A stretch of DNA of 63,509 nucleotides from Candidatus Helarchaeota archaeon (GTDB taxonomy: Archaea; Asgardarchaeota; Lokiarchaeia; Helarchaeales; RDOG01): contig JALGVI010000034.1 of NCBI GenBank assembly GCA_029838215.1, forward strand, positions 1-63,509. Direction: 5' to 3'. A program made the translations under genes and the position numbers. The notes under the pieces are model-generated. The model was not told the origin of the DNA, searched no databases, and saw nothing but the letters and a program-made list of their open reading frames with translations. Numbering within the stretch: the first letter of the stretch is position 1; every line of letters starts with the position of its first letter. Below are positions 19,147-28,576 of the stretch, piece after piece.

Positions 19147-20283
19147 TCAGATGTTCTCCTTTCGGAAATATTTTTCATATATTTTGATTGTATTATCGAC
19201 AGTTTTGTCCCACGTGAATAATCTTTCAACTCTTTTCCGTCCTTCCATGCCCATCTTTCGGGCTATTTTTTCGTCTTGCAATAGATAGATTAGAGCTTCT
19301 GCCATTTTTTCGTGATTTCGTGGTGGTACTAATATGCCTGTTTTTCCATCCTTGATGACTTCGGGAATGGCACAATGCTTGAATGCGACGACGGGCACGC
19401 CTGATGAATTGGCTTCTGCAGGAGTTAATCCAAACCCTTCCCACATGCTTGGATAGCAAAACACGTCAGGAGCTGCATATAATTGAGGCACCTCATCATC
19501 AGGGACAAAACCCGTGAAAACCATTGCTTTTGCAATACCCAACCTCGTGATCATGTCTTTTAAGTTGAGCACGTCTTCGCGAGCCGATCCCGCAATGACG
19601 AATTTGACGTTTGGAACTTCCTTGAGGACTTTAGGCACCGCATTCATGAGATATTGAATGCCCTTGTAGGGGGCAAGACGTCCCAAGAACAACACGACCT
19701 TGTGTCCTTCCAGATTGTATTTTTCTCGGACAATATCTCCTGAATTGTTGGGATTGAACCGGTCAAGGTCGATGCCATTATATACCGTTGTCACCTTTTC
19801 TTCAGGGACACCATAGTCCTTGATCAATTCTTCACGCAAGTAATTACTGACGGGCATGAAGTGGTCAACACCCATTCTCACGTGTAGAAAGTGTCCGATT
19901 CTGTGGTCTATCATCTTCAAGCGTTTTTTTGCGCTTCGAAATTGGGAAATTGGTGCAAAACCGTGATAAGTAGAGACGTGAGGTTTCCTTCTGAATGCCC
20001 TTGCAACATTCCCCGTAAAAATCCCCGGGTGGTATTGAGTATGGATGATATCAAATTCTTTTAAAATGAGACCCGCTTTTAGTCCGAATGTAACTCCGCG
20101 AAAAACAGGAATGCGATCATATAACACGGGAATTTTACGGGAAAACGGGATTGGATCAAATATTTCCCGTGAAAAGATGTTCACGACGTGTCCCCGTTTA
20201 CGCAACCTTTTAGAAACTTCATTTATAACGCGAACTTGTCCAGATCCTTTGAGCAGGGTGGTACGAATGATGGCTATTTTCAT
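19147..20283 (-). CDS. Glycosyltransferase family 4 (GT-B)
   Basis: LFLGRLAPYKG and YPSMWEGFGLTPAEA motifs; abuts the HAD gene with no gap. Confidence 0.93.
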   Translation of the reverse strand: MKIAIIRTTLLKGSGQVRVINEVSKRLRKRGHVVNIFSREIFDPIPFSRKIPVLYDRIPVFRGVTFGLKAGLILKEFDIIHTQYHPGIFTGNVARAFRRKPHVSTYHGFAPISQFRSAKKRLKMIDHRIGHFLHVRMGVDHFMPVSNYLREELIKDYGVPEEKVTTVYNGIDLDRFNPNNSGDIVREKYNLEGHKVVLFLGRLAPYKGIQYLMNAVPKVLKEVPNVKFVIAGSAREDVLNLKDMITRLGIAKAMVFTGFVPDDEVPQLYAAPDVFCYPSMWEGFGLTPAEANSSGVPVVAFKHCAIPEVIKDGKTGILVPPRNHEKMAEALIYLLQDEKIARKMGMEGRKRVERLFTWDKTVDNTIKIYEKYFRKENI

Positions 20284-20483
20284 GAAAATACACGCGAAAT
20301 CGATAATGGTTTTAATATGATTTCTTTTGTTCCGAAGATCAATTTTCTTCCTAAATTTTTGCTTTCATGTCTTGTAAAAGCAAATCGATTTTATTCATTT
20401 AATGAGTTCGACTTAATTAAATTAATTTTTTTAATGATGAACTTGTCATTTTAATAAAATGAATTTACTTCGGTGCTCTTCCT

Positions 20484-20906
20484 TTGAAACTCAATGAAGT
20501 TAGTGTTGATGACGCCTCTTTTTGTTCACCGGACACGCCCGTTGCTGATATCGTGAAGATATTACGTAAGAAGTTCATACGGGCAGTATTTGTTGGAGAT
20601 CCGGAGAACATATTAGGGATCGTTTCAGATCAGATTATTTTTAAAAATATTAGTGAAGGTAAGGATTTGGTCAAGATGAAGGCAAAAGATATAATGCGCT
20701 TTGATTGCCAAATGCTTGATATCAATGCATCCATCGAGGAAGCTTATCGAAAAAGTGCCAAGAATCCTTGTAGAGTCTATGCGGTTAAGAGAGAAGGAAA
20801 AGTCATTGGCGAGATTTCAAAGAAACGAATTGCTCTTCTTTATAATGATATAAAGAAAAATGAGATATTTGATTTAGAAAAGCGAATAAAAAGCATTAAA
20901 ATGTGA
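20484..20906 (+). CDS. CBS-domain pair protein
   Basis: Two CBS repeats (PDTPVADIV...ILGIVS; NASIEEAY...VIGEIS). Confidence 0.85.
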   Translation: MKLNEVSVDDASFCSPDTPVADIVKILRKKFIRAVFVGDPENILGIVSDQIIFKNISEGKDLVKMKAKDIMRFDCQMLDINASIEEAYRKSAKNPCRVYAVKREGKVIGEISKKRIALLYNDIKKNEIFDLEKRIKSIKM

Positions 20907-22285
20907 AGGTTGACCACATGAGGGTTGCGTTCATTCACTACACGGCACCAGATTCGGAACAGGGAGGAGTCGAAACCGTCATTGGGCGGCAAGCGAAGTT
21001 CTTGCTGAAGTATGGCGTGAGAGTTACGTTTATCTTTGGAAAGGGAGGAGGATTAGATCCAAAAATTACGGAGATACAGATTCCGGAATTACACAGCACG
21101 CACCCGGAAATTCGTCCGCTTCAAACATTGCTCTATAGTAAGAAAACAAAAGATGAAGAATTCAGGAAAAAATTTGATGAAGTCAAGAATATAATAAAGG
21201 AAAAAATCAAGCAAGCACTTGCAGAAATTGATATTTGCATCGTTCACAACATGTCCACCATGCCTTTTAATTTTCCGGCAACGATAGCCATAAACGAGTT
21301 GACGGAAGAATTAAAACATATTGGATTCGTTTATTGGCTCCATGATTCCGTAGTCTTACGTGAGCAATGGCAGTCTTACTTGAATATTTGGCCCTATACG
21401 GAATTACATTATAAGTCAGATAGAATTCACTTCGTTACGATTACGAGATACCGGGAGAGGCAGTTTTCAACATTGCCCGACAAGTTCAGGATTAGCAACA
21501 TTAGAATCATTCCTAACGGTATTAATGTTGAAGATTACTTGAAGTTAGATGAAACGACATTATTGCTTAAGAAAAAAGTTGTTGACGTGTTTTGGGAAGA
21601 TTTGGTATTATTGATGCCCATTAGAATTACCCCACGCAAGAACATTGAATTGGGAATCCGTGTTTTAGCAGAGCTCAAGAAGTTCTTCGTAAATATATGC
21701 TGTAACGGGAAGGATTCATGTTCGGTTGTCGAGAGTGTTGATCGTGCACATGTAAAACTGTTAATTACAGGGCCACCCGATAATCAAGCTGTCGTAGAAG
21801 GACAGAATTATATTGAGTATTTGCGGCAATTAGCCGAGGATTTAGGGGTGAAGGAAGACATTTACCTGTTACATGAATTTATTTCATTTAATCGGGAGTA
21901 TAGAGACGGCAAAATCTATAAGTTCAGTGTTGCAGATGCCTATGCCTTGGCAGACATCGTTCTCATAACGTCGATAGAAGAGGGCTTTGGATTGCCGCTC
22001 GTAGAAGCGGCTGCAGCTCGTAAGCCGATTTTTTGTTCCCGCATCCCACCTTTTCAAGAGATTCTAAGAGAAGGAATCGATGGACACATGTTTGATTTGG
22101 CTGATCCACCCACGAACATTGCATACCGAATTTATAAGTTTTATTTAGACAACGTCGTGGAACATGGTTTCACGCGTGTATTGGAATTATATTCTTGGAA
22201 AGAAATTCTTGAAACCAAGTTTTTGGCATTGTTAAATTCTATTATTTACAATGGAAATGGAAACAAGAGCAATAATAAGAAATGA
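20903..22285 (+). CDS. Glycosyltransferase family 4, possibly mannosylglucosyl-3-phosphoglycerate synthase (MggA)-like
   Basis: RVAFIHY...GGVETVI, MPIRITPRKNIE and TSIEEGFGLPLVEA; the MggA assignment rests on recalled family pattern and gene context. Confidence 0.6.
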   Translation: MKVDHMRVAFIHYTAPDSEQGGVETVIGRQAKFLLKYGVRVTFIFGKGGGLDPKITEIQIPELHSTHPEIRPLQTLLYSKKTKDEEFRKKFDEVKNIIKEKIKQALAEIDICIVHNMSTMPFNFPATIAINELTEELKHIGFVYWLHDSVVLREQWQSYLNIWPYTELHYKSDRIHFVTITRYRERQFSTLPDKFRISNIRIIPNGINVEDYLKLDETTLLLKKKVVDVFWEDLVLLMPIRITPRKNIELGIRVLAELKKFFVNICCNGKDSCSVVESVDRAHVKLLITGPPDNQAVVEGQNYIEYLRQLAEDLGVKEDIYLLHEFISFNREYRDGKIYKFSVADAYALADIVLITSIEEGFGLPLVEAAAARKPIFCSRIPPFQEILREGIDGHMFDLADPPTNIAYRIYKFYLDNVVEHGFTRVLELYSWKEILETKFLALLNSIIYNGNGNKSNNKK

Positions 22286-22397
22286 TCTCGAAATAGAATC
22301 GTGTTTCATTCTCTTTTAATCAGCTAATGAAATCTTGCAATGAAATAGATGAGACTTAAAGGAGGCGTGGTTTATTTCAATAGAGTATAAAAAAATC

Positions 22398-23414
22398 GTG
22401 AGAAAGATTCGACAGGAATTACCCGAAGCCCTAAAAAAAATTGGAAAGGAAGAATATGAATTTGAGATGAGATTACACCCGTTAATACGTTGGCATTGGG
22501 CTTCTTTATCTAGAGCCAGAGGTGATTACAAGCCTTACAAGATAGACGAAAATATAATTGAAGATTTGCTCACGCCTCGCGTTCACTATTTTACGGATCC
22601 GGAAAATAATACGCCAAAAGATCCAAATTATGGGCGTCTGTCGCGTAATGAAGCAGCACTCTTTCCCAACTTATTCTCTTGGAACAAGATTGCGGTCTGC
22701 AAGATCACGGAGAAGGAATCGATACCGATAAATGAATTCACGTCAGAACAATTTTTTGATGCATTCATTCTTTCCCAAGAATTTTTTGAAAAGGAGGCAA
22801 CGCTCGAAATAGATTTCTATCCAACTATCAACATGAATTATTTAAGACCGGCAGGATCGTCTGTTTGTCATCCACATTTACAGGTCCTCACGATTCCAGA
22901 GGCACCGCCCCCATTATTAAGCCAAGTGTTCTTTTTCGGCGATATCTACAAGAAGAATAACGATTCCAATTTCTTTACGGATTATATTTTTTTAGAGAAG
23001 AAAAATGAAGAAAGATGGATTGGGATGACGGGCGAAGGAGAACACGAAGTGGCGTGGATGACTTCATTCAGTCCACTTGCAGGGAGAGATGAAGTGATGT
23101 TCATCGTTGAGAGTGAGGCTGCTTTTCCCTTATCGGAAAGGATTTGGCGTGGCATTGCAGATGGTTTCATAAAGATCTTGAACGGATACCATGAGATGGG
23201 AGTCAGGTCATTCAACATGGCGATGTTTTCAGATCGCTGGAAATCCATCGAGCACACGGACAAATTTAGAATTTTCGGATTAATTTGGTCCCGCCCATTG
23301 AGAAATCTCGATTCGTCAGACATGGGATTTGCCGAGATTGCTTATAAAATAGCGAACATACAAAATCCGCCAGAAAAAGTTGCAGAAGTCTTGCGAAAGA
23401 CTTGGGAAAAATAA
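22398..23414 (+). CDS. GalT-like HIT-superfamily nucleotidyltransferase
   Basis: INMNY..PAGSSVCHPHLQ (HxHxQ) motif; C-terminal PEKVAEVLR. Confidence 0.8.
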   Translation: MRKIRQELPEALKKIGKEEYEFEMRLHPLIRWHWASLSRARGDYKPYKIDENIIEDLLTPRVHYFTDPENNTPKDPNYGRLSRNEAALFPNLFSWNKIAVCKITEKESIPINEFTSEQFFDAFILSQEFFEKEATLEIDFYPTINMNYLRPAGSSVCHPHLQVLTIPEAPPPLLSQVFFFGDIYKKNNDSNFFTDYIFLEKKNEERWIGMTGEGEHEVAWMTSFSPLAGRDEVMFIVESEAAFPLSERIWRGIADGFIKILNGYHEMGVRSFNMAMFSDRWKSIEHTDKFRIFGLIWSRPLRNLDSSDMGFAEIAYKIANIQNPPEKVAEVLRKTWEK

Positions 23415-23418
23415 AAAA

Positions 23419-24849
23419 TTAGCGGAACGTATAGCCTTTTTCAAGGCATCTCGTCCACGTGCTTTGTGTTGCGCGACGGGAAAGCATTCGGCGAACGAAC
23501 TCGTAGTTTTTTGTCTGTTCTCTCAAGAAATTCCAAGAAGGCAAATAAGTTGTTGTCACGGGTGAATTTTTGAAGTCTTTTGGAAAGCTTGCAAGTATGT
23601 TCTTGAATTCCTGCAGAACTTTAAAGTCGCTTTCGGAATCGTGAGTTAATTTAACCTGCATTTCACTTTCAGCATTTTGAGCTTGAGCTTTAAAATGCTC
23701 TTCGTTATCTCGAATGACTTTTTTAGCAATGCGTTCATATTCTTCAAGAAATTCTGGTTGGCTGAAAATCTCAGAAAGTGCCGAAGGAATATATCTCCTT
23801 ATTGCAGTCATTATTTGGAAGACCATTGTGTTGAGTGCTGAAGAAGATTGACCGATGTGATAGAAGTCTTCGAAATCTATGTTTGCAATTGCTGTTGGAC
23901 CATATAAGTCAAAAACTTGGAATAGTGAGCTCATTTCTATGGCATAATTGTTAGGGAATTCGAGTTTTTCGAGGAGTGTTCGACAGGCGGAAAATTCTCC
24001 AGACAGTGGATATTTGATGGTGTTTAGCCCTTCATAGACACCATAGCTTTTCGTCAAGAGCTCGATTATTGGACGGGCGAATAGACGTGTTGTACGTCCG
24101 CCATAAATCAATCTTTCACCATCAGCAAGACTCGAAACAGTTAATCGATTGTAATATGCCTTCGTCATTTTGATTGTCGGTTCATTCGTGACTTCATTCC
24201 ACGAATAAATGATCGGATGAGACAACCCGGTTATGAATTCTCGCTTGAAGTTGATGATATCCGAATCAACGAACGTGATGATGTCACCATGACATATGGG
24301 AATGGAAAGCCATAACCCCGTTCCTTTTCCAGATAACGTGCGTATGCTTCCGATATAAGTAACGAAACCGGCTTGTGCCAGTATTTTTTCGATATTGCGA
24401 TCGAATTGATGGACAACCTTAAAACAAAATGGATATATACCTCTCTTGGCTTTTTCATTTTCAATTTTAAATTTCCTGAGCAGGTGGACTTGTTCTCTAA
24501 ACAGTTCCAGTTCCTCATATGCGATTTCAACCACATTTCTCAAAATGGTGTAATCTATATCGCCATGTTCATCTTGTGTTGCATCCATGATAAGAATTTC
24601 ATCGATGTAACCGGCATCTACGAGATGTCCACACTCCGAAAGAACCTTATGAAGGGCGTCATGTTCAATTTCCAACTCCGATCTAGAAGCAATATCCATC
24701 TTCGTGGGAATTACTACAGATATAGAAATTGGAGATCTAAGACCACCTTCATCAACAATTAAAGTTTTTAATTTATCCGCAATGCAATTTTCTGTATCAA
24801 ATGTTTTATATGACCCTAAATCCATTACTTTTTTTTCTACACTTGTCAT
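23419..24849 (-). CDS. gpgS: Glucosyl-3-phosphoglycerate synthase (GT81, GpgS-like) with C-terminal extension
   Basis: SVVIPT, GKGTGLWLS, ITFVDSDI, KAYYNR, GGRTTRLFARP, YPLSGEF motifs. Confidence 0.82.
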   Translation of the reverse strand: MTSVEKKVMDLGSYKTFDTENCIADKLKTLIVDEGGLRSPISISVVIPTKMDIASRSELEIEHDALHKVLSECGHLVDAGYIDEILIMDATQDEHGDIDYTILRNVVEIAYEELELFREQVHLLRKFKIENEKAKRGIYPFCFKVVHQFDRNIEKILAQAGFVTYIGSIRTLSGKGTGLWLSIPICHGDIITFVDSDIINFKREFITGLSHPIIYSWNEVTNEPTIKMTKAYYNRLTVSSLADGERLIYGGRTTRLFARPIIELLTKSYGVYEGLNTIKYPLSGEFSACRTLLEKLEFPNNYAIEMSSLFQVFDLYGPTAIANIDFEDFYHIGQSSSALNTMVFQIMTAIRRYIPSALSEIFSQPEFLEEYERIAKKVIRDNEEHFKAQAQNAESEMQVKLTHDSESDFKVLQEFKNILASFPKDFKNSPVTTTYLPSWNFLREQTKNYEFVRRMLSRRATQSTWTRCLEKGYTFR

Positions 24850-25182
24850 AACTAATTCTTCTCTTTTTAAATTAGTTTATTTGAATTGGATGGCAAACGA
24901 CTGTCATCGACCTGAAAAAGAGTGATTCCTACATCTACAATCCTTACAAATCCATTCTTCTAAAATATTATAGAAGCCGATTTATTTATAGATTTCGTTA
25001 TCTTTATAAGCAAAACGAATTTGGCTTGGCAATTTGGTAATGCAAAATTACCATTACAAGATTTCAATTCATTTTGATGAAGTGTCATATTTTTGTAAAC
25101 AGGACGTGAAGATTCTCAGGGATCGTTCTTCAATCCAGAATTAACGGTGCAATATCGTGTTTTTGTCGCTTTTAATGAAAGA

Positions 25183-26262
25183 TTAGGAAAGACGTTTTCC
25201 ACTTATGAATTCGTCAATCATCAGTTGAGCCTCTTGAATCGTGACTTCCTTTGGAGGTCGCTTGAAGCAAAAGGCAGAGACGCTTTCAATGGCACCCGAC
25301 AATTTTCGATCGAGGGCAATCTTGACACCCCTAATGGCATCGATCAGGATTGCAAAAGCATTTGGTGCATCAACGGTTGATAATTGGATGTCGATTCTCA
25401 CGAGTGCATCTTTAAAATAATGTCCTAATATCCAGAAGTATGAATCACGCTTGTTCTCTAAGAAATCGACAAAGTCGGTCGAACCCGAAACAATCGGAAC
25501 ATCATGAAGGCCGGGAATCTGGCTTTTTACGGCTTCAGATTTGAATTTACGCTTGATCATCCGAGAGCGTTCGAGTGAATTTAACGATTCCATTGCACCG
25601 CCAACATCAAGACAATAGCTTTCCTTGATGTTAATGCCTCTATCCGTGAGCATCTTCAATATGGATTTATGCATGATTGTCGAGCCGATTTGATTCATGA
25701 TGTCGTCTCCGACAACAGGAATGCCCGTGTCCTTGAATTTTTTTGCCCACATTCGGTCGCTTGCGATTTCGTGAGGCGTGGCGTTTATGAAGGCACATCG
25801 TGCTTTTAATGCTTCGGAAGCATAATATTCAGTCGCTTCAATGGCTCCGGATGGGACCAAGTTTATCAGGATTTCAGCTTTTGTTTTTAGAAGCGTGTCA
25901 CAGACATCAACAGGAGATGATGGGCTTACCGTTATGACTTCTTTTGCATTTTCACTCAAGCCATCTAAGAGTTCCCCTCTTTGAACCGTGATGCCTAATT
26001 TAGGAACTTCATGGATTCTCATCACGTTATTTGGGGGTTGAAAAATTGCTGTTGATACATCCTGTCCAACCTTTTTTTCCGAAACATCAAATGCAGCCAC
26101 GATCTTGATGTCAGAAGGAAGATATCCACCAAAAGTTTCATGTATTAGCCCAAGTGTCGAAGCTCCTTCGTCCTTGTAATAGGACGTTCCCTGTACAAGA
26201 GCAGCACAACAATTTCCAACACCAGCCACGGCAATTCTAATCGGTTGCATCAAATCCCTCAT
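25183..26262 (-). CDS. ino1: myo-inositol-1-phosphate synthase
   Basis: IAVAGVGNC, DIKIVAAFDV, FINATP, VVGDD...GSTIMH, LDVGG, DAIRGVKIALDR. Confidence 0.93.
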   Translation of the reverse strand: MRDLMQPIRIAVAGVGNCCAALVQGTSYYKDEGASTLGLIHETFGGYLPSDIKIVAAFDVSEKKVGQDVSTAIFQPPNNVMRIHEVPKLGITVQRGELLDGLSENAKEVITVSPSSPVDVCDTLLKTKAEILINLVPSGAIEATEYYASEALKARCAFINATPHEIASDRMWAKKFKDTGIPVVGDDIMNQIGSTIMHKSILKMLTDRGINIKESYCLDVGGAMESLNSLERSRMIKRKFKSEAVKSQIPGLHDVPIVSGSTDFVDFLENKRDSYFWILGHYFKDALVRIDIQLSTVDAPNAFAILIDAIRGVKIALDRKLSGAIESVSAFCFKRPPKEVTIQEAQLMIDEFISGKRLS

Positions 26263-26402
26263 TTCTCATTTCATTTCAGGTGAAATTGAACGGGTTTTCC
26301 AAAATTTAAATAGAAAAAAGGAAAAATATTTAAGAATCTTATCATCACGAGAAATTCATCCTTGGATGGTCGGAGATTTCGTAGTAACCATAAATGAGCG
26401 AA

Positions 26403-26714
26403 TTATTGTTCCGCTCCGCATTTCGAGCAAAATTTGGACCCAGGAGTGATTTCAGCCCCACAAGTCTTGCATATATTGGATTTATCCAGTTCTTTTCCAC
26501 AGTCATTACAAAATTTGGAATCAATTGGATTTGGTTTTCCGCAATCCTTGCAAATAATTTTTGGTTCTTCTTCGGGAATTGTTCCTTCTTCAGGAATATC
26601 TTTATCTTTCTTTTCGCCATCGTCGGCTTGCCCAGTCGTGCGGCGCGCAACTCTTCGACCAGTTCTTCGTGCGGTTCGTCTTACAGCACGTCTTACTTCT
26701 CTTCGACGTCTCAT
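26403..26714 (-). CDS. Double zinc-ribbon protein with Arg-rich N-terminus
   Basis: Four CxxCG motifs (KFCNDCG, KFCSKCG); N-terminus MRRRREVRRAVRRTARRTGRRVARR. Confidence 0.88.
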   Translation of the reverse strand: MRRRREVRRAVRRTARRTGRRVARRTTGQADDGEKKDKDIPEEGTIPEEEPKIICKDCGKPNPIDSKFCNDCGKELDKSNICKTCGAEITPGSKFCSKCGAEQ

Positions 26715-26963
26715 TTGTTATCTTCTCACGTGATTTTAATTAAAAAATCAAGATTCCTAATAATTCATCTTTTTCATTCCTTATAAAGGAAGGAGAAATT
26801 TTTTGAAGGATTGCATCCGTGTTTTTCAAAGAAAAAAAACATTCTTCCCCATACTCAATGAGGATTAGCTCTGACAAGGACGAACGTTAAGAGTTGGACA
26901 TCTTAACGAGATGTGTTATTATAGTTACTCCGAGAAACGTTCCCTCAATGAGGGGGATGAGGA

Positions 26964-27776
26964 ATGTTAGCGAGCCTGAAACACATGGATCAGCAGAAAG
27001 AAAAGAATGGCACTTTGGTTCTTCTAGAAAGAGTACAAAGGATCGGCATTCTAACCCTGAACCGACCCGATGTATTAAATTGCATTAATCTTGAGACAAT
27101 GAAGCAGTTGAACAAAGCAGTCTTGGAGATTAAAGAAGACAAGAGCTTGAAGGTTCTAATTTTAAAAGGTGCTGGAGAACGCGCATTTTCCACGGGAATG
27201 GACCTCAACACGCCAGCAAATGCAGAAGAAACAGATAAATTGCAAGATTTAGGGCGATTAACGTTATACGAAATCAGCCAGCTTCCTCAAATCGTTATTG
27301 CATCGATTCAGGGTTACGCTTTGGGCGGCGGGCTTGAGTTGGCATTAGCCGCAGATTTTCGAATTGCCTCCGATGATTCCCAATTTGGATTTCCCGAAGT
27401 CAAGTATTTCCTTTTACCGTTTTGGGGCGGACTTGTTTTATTACCGAAAATAGTTGGTCGATCACGAGCAAAGGAATTAATACATACAGGAGAATCGATT
27501 AGTGCATCTTGGGCTAAAAATATTGGGTTGGTCCATGAAGTCGTGCCGAAAGATAGTTTAGACTTATTCGTGATGGAATTTGCAAAAGAAATGTCCAGAC
27601 GTTCGGGCATCATGCACAAGCTGGCTAACTTGGCCATTGATCACGGCACGGAATTGAATCTAAAAGATGGTTTCAAGCTGGCAAAAACAATATTTGATGT
27701 TTTTCGTTCCAAGGAAAAAGAAGAACGATATCAAGACCTTTTTTCAAAATTAAACAGGTCAAAGCTTGATTTATGA
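26964..27776 (+). CDS. Enoyl-CoA hydratase/isomerase (crotonase) family protein
   Basis: LTLNRPDVLN, AFSTGMDL, GYALGGGLELALAADFR, FGFPEV. Confidence 0.93.
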   Translation: MLASLKHMDQQKEKNGTLVLLERVQRIGILTLNRPDVLNCINLETMKQLNKAVLEIKEDKSLKVLILKGAGERAFSTGMDLNTPANAEETDKLQDLGRLTLYEISQLPQIVIASIQGYALGGGLELALAADFRIASDDSQFGFPEVKYFLLPFWGGLVLLPKIVGRSRAKELIHTGESISASWAKNIGLVHEVVPKDSLDLFVMEFAKEMSRRSGIMHKLANLAIDHGTELNLKDGFKLAKTIFDVFRSKEKEERYQDLFSKLNRSKLDL

Positions 27777-27786
27777 ATTAAAATCA

Positions 27787-28026
27787 TTATTTTATGCGGA
27801 CTTTTGTTCCAAGAGCTTCTCCAGTTAGAGCCTTTTCAAAAATCGCGCGAACCACACCTTTTCGACCGTGAAGGGCAACAATTTTTCCTTTAATTGTTTT
27901 TCCGGATTTTGTTTCCCAAATGACGGTTTTTCCGATGAACTTGCTGGCAGAAGGTCCGTCAACATCCGGAAACTTAATCAGGAGGTGTTTCAAATATTGA
28001 TGATAGCGCGAGCGCCTGAAATTCAT
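27787..28026 (-). CDS. rpl35ae: 50S ribosomal protein L35Ae
   Basis: IGKTVIWETKSGKTIKGKIVALHGRKGVVRAIFEKALTGEALG; the start may lie upstream at 28074 (see findings). Confidence 0.95.
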   Translation of the reverse strand: MNFRRSRYHQYLKHLLIKFPDVDGPSASKFIGKTVIWETKSGKTIKGKIVALHGRKGVVRAIFEKALTGEALGTKVRIK

Positions 28027-28233
28027 TATGACTCCTTCTTTACCCTTGAAAATTTCAACAGGAGCATTCGAGATTTTCGGTCACCTACTACAAGTATAAA
28101 TTCATGAGTTGGTATTCTTGATTTTAATAATACAAAAAAATTGCCTATTTAATTTTATCGTTCATGCAGGCCGGTAAGTCTAAAATAATCAATAATTGGA
28201 AGCAGAGAAACTAATAAAAAAAAGGAAGTGATG

Positions 28234-28428
28234 TCATCCCCCCACGATTTTCGGAAGAACCATTATTTTGGAATCGGGATTTACGATCGTGTCCAAGTCC
28301 GTGACTTTTTTCCCGTCGACTAAAATGACTTGATACCTATGATTTAGGTGAAGTTCCCTAATTAGAGCGCGAAGAGTCTTGCTTTCAGTGAGTTCTAATT
28401 TTTGAATGAGTAATTTTTTTTCAGGCAT
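28234..28428 (-). CDS. Ubiquitin-like beta-grasp protein (MoaD/ThiS/SAMP type)
   Basis: 64 aa, VILVDGK...IMVLPKIVGG, C-terminal diglycine; GGAG SD. Confidence 0.85.
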   Translation of the reverse strand: MPEKKLLIQKLELTESKTLRALIRELHLNHRYQVILVDGKKVTDLDTIVNPDSKIMVLPKIVGG

Positions 28429-28576
28429 CTTCAGGTCTCCAATGGATATAGTCTAATTTGTATTATTTATATTTAATAGCTATTCCTCGTGCTTCTCAGC
28501 TTTCAACAACACATTAAAATAAAAAGAAGAATCTCATATTGACAAAAACGGCTTCCTCCATTTGTCTATGTCTTGA

